Source: an uncultured Candidatus Saccharibacteria bacterium (GTDB lineage: Bacteria > Patescibacteriota > Minisyncoccia > UBA6257 > 2-01-FULL-56-20). Taken from it: a DNA stretch of 64,000 nucleotides. The position numbers were made by a program, and so were the translations under genes. Shown here piece after piece: positions 56,777-64,000 of the stretch (position 1 is the stretch's first letter; each line of letters opens with the position of its first letter). The notes under the pieces are model-generated. The model did not search any database and had not been told where the DNA came from. It worked only from the letters and a program-made list of their open reading frames with translations. The stretch covers positions 2,236 to 66,235 of the forward strand of contig CAYHZA010000004.1 of NCBI GenBank assembly GCA_964361095.1. The letters are read 5' to 3'.

Positions 56777-57502
56777 CTAGACCTCCGTCTCGATTCTCGG
56801 CTTTGCGTCGCCGTAGACGCCACGGATGATCTTCGAGATCCCGTCCGCCTCGCGCTTCCAGGTGCGGGCGAAGCTCTTGGAATTCCGGAGTGTCGCGACG
56901 CGTCCGGCGTATCTCTCCGGAGCTGCTTCGAGAAGCACCTTCTCGCTCTCGAAGACATTGATGTGAAGGCTCCGATACCTCGGGTTTCTTGTGAGGTGTT
57001 TCGCGATGTAGGTCATGGTTCGTGGCATGTGGACGCCTACGGTAACTAAGCCCACACTTTCGAACTTTTCATCTCTTGCGAGCTCGAAGATGTTCAGAAG
57101 TTCGCGGCCGGTGTTCGAAGGACCCGGGAGAGATTGCTCTTGAGGCCAAGACCAAATTCCCAAGGAGAGGGACGGTCTGATATGTGCCGTGAACTTCTCA
57201 GCCATCACCGTGCTTTCGGTTGGCCCATCGACGCTCTTTAGGTAGTCCGAACGATCACCATACGCGCAGACGACCACCCCTGGTTTGTACTGGCTGTTGT
57301 ATGCGGTGCAGAGGATGATGCCGGCCTCAAGATTCATCTCGCCGCCGCCCACCATGCAGTAGGGATTTTTGTCGTCTGCGGGAACGCGGACAGGCAGATG
57401 TGCTGAGTTCTGACCACAGACTTCCAGGTCTTCGGTCAGAACCCACGGGCCGTCTTCACTCACGCGTTGGATTCCTCTTCCGAGAATTGCCAAAAGATCC
57501 AA
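56777..57502 (-). CDS. DUF218/YdcF-like protein
   Basis: ILGRG, TESTVM, SNTGRE and LVTVGVHMPR. Has its own promoter and a GAGGAGG SD. Confidence 0.65.
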   Translation of the reverse strand: MDLLAILGRGIQRVSEDGPWVLTEDLEVCGQNSAHLPVRVPADDKNPYCMVGGGEMNLEAGIILCTAYNSQYKPGVVVCAYGDRSDYLKSVDGPTESTVMAEKFTAHIRPSLSLGIWSWPQEQSLPGPSNTGRELLNIFELARDEKFESVGLVTVGVHMPRTMTYIAKHLTRNPRYRSLHINVFESEKVLLEAAPERYAGRVATLRNSKSFARTWKREADGISKIIRGVYGDAKPRIETEV

Positions 57503-57629
57503 GGAGCACCTCCTCTTCTTTAGGGGTTACCAAGCTTTGTTTCTCAAGAAATTCAACTTATATAATATATGAAAATCCATACTTTGTCAACTATTCCAAT
57601 TATATTTTTCCTGCTATAACTAGAGCATT

Positions 57630-58352
57630 ATGGTTACGCAGGCAGTTATCGCGGCAGGGGGATTGGGGACGCGTCTCCGGCCGCTTACGGATACGATTCC
57701 CAAAGTAATGGTTCCGATTCTCGGTAAGCCGCTTCTCGAGCATCATATTGAGCAGTTCAAAAAACACGGCGTTAAAGAATTTTTCTTTACGTTGCATTAT
57801 CTGCCGCAAGTTATTATTGATTATTTTGGCGATGGCACGAAGTGGGGAGTGAAGGTAAATTATTTCATAGAAAAAAAACTGCTTGGTACCGCGGGAGGCA
57901 TAAAAAAATTCAAAGATAAACTCGATGAAAGTTTTTTCTATACGCTCGGCGATATTTTCAGTTTAGTGGATTATTCGAATGTCTCACGGGTATTTTCCGA
58001 AAAACCGGACGCAATCGGCATGCAGAGAATCGGGAAAACGGAGAAGTTTGAGAATATCGATCTCGTTGAGGTTAATGACGAAAAATTATTTTTGAAAATT
58101 CATCCCAAGCCCAACGTTTCAAGGCCACCAAGTTCCTATCTTCTGCGCGGTTCTTTTCTTTTGAACAAAAAAATACTTTCGTACATACCCGAAGACTTGG
58201 AGTATGCGATGACGACTCAGCTTTTGCCGAACGTTATCGCGCGTGGTGAGAAATTCTATGGATATGAATGTGACGATTATTCACAGGGGATTGATACTGC
58301 CGAGAAATTAAGAGAAGTTGAGGAGTATTTAAAAAATCACCTTATAAAATAA
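57630..58352 (+). CDS. Sugar-1-phosphate nucleotidyltransferase (HddC/LmbO-like)
   Basis: AAGGLGTRLRPLTDTIPKVM and LGTAGG. Confidence 0.9.
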   Translation: MVTQAVIAAGGLGTRLRPLTDTIPKVMVPILGKPLLEHHIEQFKKHGVKEFFFTLHYLPQVIIDYFGDGTKWGVKVNYFIEKKLLGTAGGIKKFKDKLDESFFYTLGDIFSLVDYSNVSRVFSEKPDAIGMQRIGKTEKFENIDLVEVNDEKLFLKIHPKPNVSRPPSSYLLRGSFLLNKKILSYIPEDLEYAMTTQLLPNVIARGEKFYGYECDDYSQGIDTAEKLREVEEYLKNHLIK

Positions 58353-58392
58353 TTCGAGGGTCGGTTCATATAATCCGACCCTCGGTTTTGCG

Positions 58393-58821
58393 TTACTTGC
58401 TCGAAATGAGCCACACGACGACCGCGGCTCCTATGAGTCCCACTGCCTTTTTTGGCGAAAGGGATTCTCCATAAAAAAGAATGCCGCCGAGCGCCGTTGT
58501 CGAAATTGCAACGACTCCGGCGATGGGCATTACGATTGATACTTCGGCCTCGCCGAGTCCTGCAACGAGTGGCTGGAAGATGATATGGCCGGCAATGTTC
58601 AGTACTCCCGCGAGGAGGGCGAATCCTCCCGTAATCGACAAAAGAAGAGCAATATTGGCTTGGTTTTTCATGAACGGCACGCAAAGCAGTCCTGAGGCAA
58701 AGCTCATGATGAAGACACGTGTGATTGGCGGGATGGCGCCACACTGTTTCATGACGAGCGGCCATGTACCCCAGAAAAGGCCGGCTACGATTGCGAGAAA
58801 AAGAGCCGATGTGTTTTTCAT
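58393..58821 (-). CDS. DMT/EamA-family small membrane protein
   Basis: GLFWG, VSIVMP and GILFYGESLS..GL. Has its own promoter and a GGAGGTG SD. Confidence 0.75.
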   Translation of the reverse strand: MKNTSALFLAIVAGLFWGTWPLVMKQCGAIPPITRVFIMSFASGLLCVPFMKNQANIALLLSITGGFALLAGVLNIAGHIIFQPLVAGLGEAEVSIVMPIAGVVAISTTALGGILFYGESLSPKKAVGLIGAAVVVWLISSK

Positions 58822-58939
58822 TATTTCACCTCCGTGAAGTGCGTCGTGAATGTATCTCATAAGTTTTCAATGTGCGAATGGATAATAATGTTTTTCTATT
58901 ATTTTGTCAAATGAAGGTTTTTTTGCTATCGTTTATGGT

Positions 58940-59776
58940 ATGCCGTATCCAAAAGTAAGCGTTTTGATTACGACGTACGAGAGGCCCCGATTCATCGATC
59001 GCGCGATTGGAAGCGTTTTGCAACAGACATTTACCGATTGGGAGATTGTTGTTGTGGATGACAGCGCAAGTGATGCGACCAAAAAGGCGGTCGGTGATTT
59101 TTTAAAAAAAGATAATCGCATTCGGTATTTTCATCGCGAAAAGAAGGGAACGATCGCGCAAGCCTCAAATTTTGGTCTTCGGGAGGCTCGCGGAGAATAC
59201 ATCGCGATTCTTGATGATGATGATTTTTGGAGTGACGAGAGCAAGCTTGGGGAACAGGTTTCTTTTTTGGATTCGCATCGGGAGTACGTCGGGTGCGGGG
59301 GAGGTTTTGTGACGATTGATGAGCATGGGAAAGAAACGACAAAAATTTTGAAACCCGAAACAAATCACGCGATTCGCCGTCATGCGCTTATGGCAAATCC
59401 CATGGCAAACTCAACGACGCTTTTCCGCTTGAGCGCGGCGCGTCATGTCGGCTTTTACGACGAAACACTCCCGCAATTCGCCGATTGGGATTTTTGGCTG
59501 AAGATGGGATTGTCGGGAAAACTTCACAATGTCTCGAAATATTACGCCTCGTACATGATGTGGCAGGAAGGCGCTTCTTTCGCGCACCAAAAGGTAAATG
59601 CCCGCTCCGCGCTTCGTATCGTTCGACGGTATCGCGGCAAATATCCCGGATTTATTACGGCTTATATGATGGCATGCCTTTATTTTTGCTACGCGCATCT
59701 TCCGGAAGCGATTAAAAAAATCACAAACCCCATTCTTTCGCGCGCAAAGAAATTTCTTTTCGGTGTTCGGTTGTAA
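58940..59776 (+). CDS. Glycosyltransferase family 2
   Basis: VSVLITTY, VVDDS, ILDDDD and ADWDFW. Confidence 0.92.
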   Translation: MPYPKVSVLITTYERPRFIDRAIGSVLQQTFTDWEIVVVDDSASDATKKAVGDFLKKDNRIRYFHREKKGTIAQASNFGLREARGEYIAILDDDDFWSDESKLGEQVSFLDSHREYVGCGGGFVTIDEHGKETTKILKPETNHAIRRHALMANPMANSTTLFRLSAARHVGFYDETLPQFADWDFWLKMGLSGKLHNVSKYYASYMMWQEGASFAHQKVNARSALRIVRRYRGKYPGFITAYMMACLYFCYAHLPEAIKKITNPILSRAKKFLFGVRL

Positions 59777-59790
59777 GTTATGCCGCCGAA

Positions 59791-61281
59791 CTATTGGATC
59801 GTGGAGGTTTCGCGGGGCGATTCCGGGTGTATGACCAATCTTATTTCTTCAAGTGTTGGTTCTTTGAAGCGATAGAGGAGTAGGAAGTATATGGCTACGG
59901 AGAGGCCGATATTCATAAATACATTCATTCCGGATATAAGAAAAAGCCATGATGCCGGTGCCATAAGGAGGGTTGCCCCGATGATCTTTTTGAGATGCGG
60001 AAGAATTTCGAAGTTTACGTTTTTTCTTGCAATGTGCCAAAGATAGCGGTTGCTCACGAGTTGCGCGATGAGCGTCGCGACTGCCGAACCGGCAATGCCG
60101 AATCGGGGGATAAGGAGTATATCCAAGGCGACATTCAAAAATCCTCCGATCGCGGCATTTACCACAAGGTTTCGTTGTCGGTTATACGCAAACACGACAT
60201 TGCTCAAGATGACCGCCGGAAAATCAACGAGGAGCGTGAGCATCAGAATTTGAAACGAGAGCGCGCCGGGAGCGTAACTCGCTCCAAATGTGGCAGTTAT
60301 AAATTGTCGCCCCAAGATAACACCTCCGATGGCTGTGGGGATAGCGATTGAATATGCCAGTGTTACAATCCGCTCAATAGCCCGCTTCATTTTCTCTGGA
60401 TTTTCGGTGGCGAATCTTGTAAGGCTCGGAAGAACACTCAAAGCAAGAATACCGGGGAACATATATATGACTTGAATAATCCTGTTCGCGGCGGAATAAA
60501 GGCCGACGTCTTCGGTGGTGCCGAGCCAACCGATGATGAGAATATCCGTATTGATCATTAAGATGCCGAGGAGTCCCGATACGGCGAACGGCCACGCGGC
60601 ACTCAAAATAGGCCGCATGAGTTTAAAGGAGAAGTTTGAAAATATTCCCTCCAGGTTTTTCCTCAGGGCGTAAAAAGTCGCGGCCATGCCGATACCCGTT
60701 CCGATCGCATAGGCAACGGCGAACGATTTTACCGTTGGATGAAGATAAAGGAAAAGAAAGCCCACCACGACGATACAAATATTCGTCAAAATAAAAAGCC
60801 CCGCTTCCACTTCCATCTTTTCAAGCGCTCGATTGACCGAAAAGCCGAATTGGCGCATGGCATCAAAAATCATTATCAAGGCGACAATAGGGAAAATTGC
60901 TTTTGCTTCCTCGATTGTGGTTACGTGCGGAGCTATAAAGATTACAATATAGGTTCCCAAGGAAAGAAGTGCGAGCTTCAAGAAAAATGAAGTGGATATT
61001 ATTTCCGCAAGATGTTTTTTGCCCTGGTGTTTTGATGCTTCTTTCGTGATAATCGAGCTTATGCCAAAATCGATGAAGATGGTGAGAAAAGCCGCGAGCG
61101 TGATTGCATAGGAGAACGTGCCCCATCCAATCACTCCTAAAACTCGAGCCGCATATATGATGACCGCGGCGCGAAGGAGACGTCCTCCAAAGTCGCTTAC
61201 CGTAAGCCAAAACGTATTTTTTGCGACCGTTTGGCGAGTGGTCTGATTCGTGAAAAGCAACGCCTTTAATTTTTTGAACAT
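59791..61281 (-). CDS. Wzx-type flippase
   Basis: AKNTFWL, DFGIS, VGLYSAA and LIPRFGIAGSAVAT, with many TMs. Confidence 0.9.
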   Translation of the reverse strand: MFKKLKALLFTNQTTRQTVAKNTFWLTVSDFGGRLLRAAVIIYAARVLGVIGWGTFSYAITLAAFLTIFIDFGISSIITKEASKHQGKKHLAEIISTSFFLKLALLSLGTYIVIFIAPHVTTIEEAKAIFPIVALIMIFDAMRQFGFSVNRALEKMEVEAGLFILTNICIVVVGFLFLYLHPTVKSFAVAYAIGTGIGMAATFYALRKNLEGIFSNFSFKLMRPILSAAWPFAVSGLLGILMINTDILIIGWLGTTEDVGLYSAANRIIQVIYMFPGILALSVLPSLTRFATENPEKMKRAIERIVTLAYSIAIPTAIGGVILGRQFITATFGASYAPGALSFQILMLTLLVDFPAVILSNVVFAYNRQRNLVVNAAIGGFLNVALDILLIPRFGIAGSAVATLIAQLVSNRYLWHIARKNVNFEILPHLKKIIGATLLMAPASWLFLISGMNVFMNIGLSVAIYFLLLYRFKEPTLEEIRLVIHPESPRETSTIQ

Positions 61282-61371
61282 CTGTTTTATAGTAGTAAGA
61301 ATAATCCTTTTAGGTGTTTGAACTGCAAGCCCAGATTATCATATTTTCGGCAACGGGGCTATATTTTCAAA

Positions 61372-61833
61372 ATGACAAAAAATAAGAAAAAAATAGTGGT
61401 TACGGTAAGCGGGGGATTCGATCCCATCCACGTAGGGCATGTTCGGCTCTTTAAAAAAGCAAAAGCACTGGGAGATGTTTTGGTTGTAATTTTAAACAAT
61501 GATAACTGGCTTAAGAAGAAGAAGCACGTGATCTTTATGCCCGAGAAGGAGCGTAAAGAAGTAATCGAAGCTTTGTCGAGTGTTGACCGTGTGGTGCTTA
61601 CGAGGCACCCAAAAAATCCAAAAGACATGAGTGTGTGCCGGGAGATCCAAGAGATTAAACCCGATATTTTCGCAAATGGCGGAGACAGGCATCATCATAA
61701 TACTCCGGAGATGCCGATATGTCGGGAAATAGGATGTAGGATGGTTTTTAACGTGGGGCACGGAGGAAAGGTGCAATCAAGCTCATGGCTTTTGGAGAAA
61801 TATCTTACGGCGGTAAAAAAGACAAAACAGTGA
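61372..61833 (+). CDS. Cytidylyltransferase-family nucleotidyltransferase (TagD/RfaE-C/FAD-synthase-like)
   Basis: SGGFDPIHVGH, PDIFANGGD and SSS. Confidence 0.85.
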   Translation: MTKNKKKIVVTVSGGFDPIHVGHVRLFKKAKALGDVLVVILNNDNWLKKKKHVIFMPEKERKEVIEALSSVDRVVLTRHPKNPKDMSVCREIQEIKPDIFANGGDRHHHNTPEMPICREIGCRMVFNVGHGGKVQSSSWLLEKYLTAVKKTKQ

Positions 61834-61847
61834 CCAGAGGAGATTTT

Positions 61848-62768
61848 TTATATTGTTGCGGCTGTTCTTGAAATACCTTCTTCAAATTTTACGCTTGGAT
61901 TCCAGCCGAGTATTCTTTTTGCTCGTTGTGCGTCAAGCGAAATGCGATAAACTTCTCCTTTCCGGTAGGGCGCGTAGTTTGGTTTTCCCGTAAAACCGGT
62001 TACGTTTGCTATGGTGTCAAAAATCTTCTGGTCGCTTATGGTTTTTCCCGAGCCAATATTTACCGCGTCGTTTTTTCCGCGTTTTGTCGCAAGAAGATTC
62101 GCATGAGCGATGTCTCCTACATATACGTAATCTCGGCTTTTTGTGCCGTCGCCAAAGATCGTGGGCGTTATGCCTTTTTTCATTAGTCCGCTAAAGATCG
62201 CGACAACGCCGGCTTCTCCTTTCGGATTCTGGCGCGGTCCATAAACGTTCGCGTAGCGTAATATGAAATAATCAAAATTGTGCATTCTTCCGTAGTATCT
62301 TATGGTGTCTTCGGCGAGTTTTTTCGAGAGTCCGTACGGAGAAAGAGGGAGGATCGGCGTTGATTCATTCGCCGGTATTTTTCTTGGTTCTCCATAGAGA
62401 GCTCCGCCGGTTGAGGCGAAGATAAATTTTTTATTTTTTCCTGTTCCATAGCGGGCGAACTGCGCAAGAAGGTTCGCTGTTCCCAGAATATTTACGGTAA
62501 GCGTGGGCAGGGGATCGCGGAGCGATTTTATGATTTCTACGACTGCCGCGTGATGGTTCACGACTTCCGGCTTTTCTTTTTTGAAAATCGTTTCTATCGC
62601 GCGGGCGTTCGTGATATCCGCTTTATAAAAAACGGCTTTTGGATTCAGGTTCTTGCGAAATCCACTCGAGAGATTATCAACCACAATGATCCGATGACCT
62701 GCGTTTATATACGCGTCGACAATATGAGAGGCGATAAACCCCGCTCCTCCGGTAACGAGAATTTTCAT
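61848..62768 (-). CDS. UDP-glucose 4-epimerase family protein
   Basis: MKILVTGGAGFIASH, STGGALYG, YGLSK and NVYGPRQ. Confidence 0.9.
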   Translation of the reverse strand: MKILVTGGAGFIASHIVDAYINAGHRIIVVDNLSSGFRKNLNPKAVFYKADITNARAIETIFKKEKPEVVNHHAAVVEIIKSLRDPLPTLTVNILGTANLLAQFARYGTGKNKKFIFASTGGALYGEPRKIPANESTPILPLSPYGLSKKLAEDTIRYYGRMHNFDYFILRYANVYGPRQNPKGEAGVVAIFSGLMKKGITPTIFGDGTKSRDYVYVGDIAHANLLATKRGKNDAVNIGSGKTISDQKIFDTIANVTGFTGKPNYAPYRKGEVYRISLDAQRAKRILGWNPSVKFEEGISRTAATI

Positions 62769-64000
62769 TTCTGGTTTATAAAGAATGATTTGAACGTCTT
62801 GAGAATAATAGCGCAATCGAGGATAAGCGAGCGATTTTTTAGGTAGTATATGTCGTATTGAAGCTTTTCCTGCGTGTCGTCCACCGAGGCGCCATAGCGG
62901 TAGTTTATCTGGGCCCAACCGGTGATTCCCGGCTGTATCAAATGGCGGATCTTATAGTGAGGAATTTCTTTTTCGAGTAATGCAACGAATTCCGGCCGTT
63001 CCGGACGCGGACCAACGAACGAGAGCTCTCCTTTGATTACATTAACAAGCTGGGGTAGTTCATCAAGGTGTGTATAACGGAGAAATCCGCCGATAAACGT
63101 GGTGCGGTTATCCTTTGTGTCTGCCCATTGGGGGCCATCTTTCTCGGCGTCTTCGCGCATGGTTCGGAATTTATAGAGGACAAAGGATTCGTTCCATATC
63201 CCTATCCGTGCCTGTTTGTAGATCACCGCTCCCGGTGATGTTATTTTGATGAGTATAGCAATGAGAAGTTCGAGAGGGAGTAGCACGATACCGATTACAC
63301 ACCCGGCGACAAATTCAAGTCCTCGTTTCAGGTCGTCATAAAATTTTTTCTGCCCGATTTTGTTTTCGAGAAACCATGCCTCTTCGAGATCCGCGAGGGG
63401 AAGTTTTCGGAATACCAATTCATAAAAACTGGGAAAATCGACAATTTCAACACCGGATGCCAAGAGTTCATAAAACGCCTTGGTGAGCTTCAAATTTTTC
63501 TTCAGTTCGCTGGGGATCACAATGAGATTGATATGGTGGGTTTTTACAAGTTCGTGGAGGTGCCCGCTTTCGGGATCCGCGAGCCCCTTCTTGAGCCAGA
63601 GGCGTATTTCGTAACCGATTTGGGGGTTTTTACCGAGTGTTTCGGCGATTTCATTGATTCGTGGCCCCTCGCCAAGCAGGAGGATTTTATTGAGGCCCTC
63701 GCGGAAGCTTGCGCGGATGTTAAAGTTTTGTCGCCACCATGCTTCGATTACGGTAAACACAATAAGGAAGATAAATAAATTTCTCCTTGGCGCGATGCCG
63801 AAGACGGGGATAAGATAAAAAAGGGCGATGGTAAGAAGCGCGTTTACCGCGAGGGCAAGCGCGAGCGTTTTTAAAAAATCAATATTGTTTCGAAGGCGTG
63901 GAAGATCATAAAGCCCGGCGATATAAAAAACGATGATCCAGAGTACGAATACGAAGGAAAAAGGAGCCAGGTGACCCCCGATAAACTCTTCATAAAAATT
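62765..64000 (-). CDS. Polyprenyl-phosphate glycosylphosphotransferase (WcaJ/WbaP-like), 5' end outside window
   Basis: YKFRTM, LDELPQL, SFVGPRPERP and PGITGWAQ. The frame stays open to the window end through TM segments. Confidence 0.93.
   Translation of the reverse strand, partial: NFYEEFIGGHLAPFSFVFVLWIIVFYIAGLYDLPRLRNNIDFLKTLALALAVNALLTIALFYLIPVFGIAPRRNLFIFLIVFTVIEAWWRQNFNIRASFREGLNKILLLGEGPRINEIAETLGKNPQIGYEIRLWLKKGLADPESGHLHELVKTHHINLIVIPSELKKNLKLTKAFYELLASGVEIVDFPSFYELVFRKLPLADLEEAWFLENKIGQKKFYDDLKRGLEFVAGCVIGIVLLPLELLIAILIKITSPGAVIYKQARIGIWNESFVLYKFRTMREDAEKDGPQWADTKDNRTTFIGGFLRYTHLDELPQLVNVIKGELSFVGPRPERPEFVALLEKEIPHYKIRHLIQPGITGWAQINYRYGASVDDTQEKLQYDIYYLKNRSLILDCAIILKTFKSFFINQK

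Noticed and set aside
1-64000. CRISPR array, rRNA, integrase/transposase, or alternative genetic code
   Set aside because: I saw no regularly spaced direct repeats, rRNA motifs or recombinase/transposase ORFs. TGA acts as a stop in many genes.

Overview
Bacterial chromosomal window using the standard genetic code. Gene content and style point to Patescibacteria/CPR, probably Parcubacteria (inference): short genes, IleRS with a histidine-phosphatase insert, an N-terminally membrane-anchored Clp ATPase, mostly SD-less starts and palindromic mini-repeats. 1-4.4 kb is an accessory/defence patch: C5 methyltransferase end, HaeII-family endonuclease, Vsr, a LexA-like membrane regulator coupled to a Ser-nucleophile proteasome-beta-like protein, and a SAM-I riboswitch controlling unknown ORFs. 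4.4-31 kb is mostly housekeeping (udg, clp, infC-rpmI-rplT, ddl, tmRNA/smpB, argS, ileS, trpS, rnj, tRNA-Leu, secG, gpmI, rny), interspersed with candidate small RNAs, small ORFs and self-contained single-gene cassettes. 31-64 kb is a large surface-glycan locus: GDP-fucose genes, a likely 3-C-methyl branched-sugar route, a split transketolase, many glycosyltransferases, Wzx/Wzy/ligase-type proteins, and a block resembling the lincosamide GDP-octose pathway (LmbM/P/L/Z/R/N/K/O) with an SDR in place of the aminotransferase. All family calls come from motifs recognised by eye; no database searches were run.
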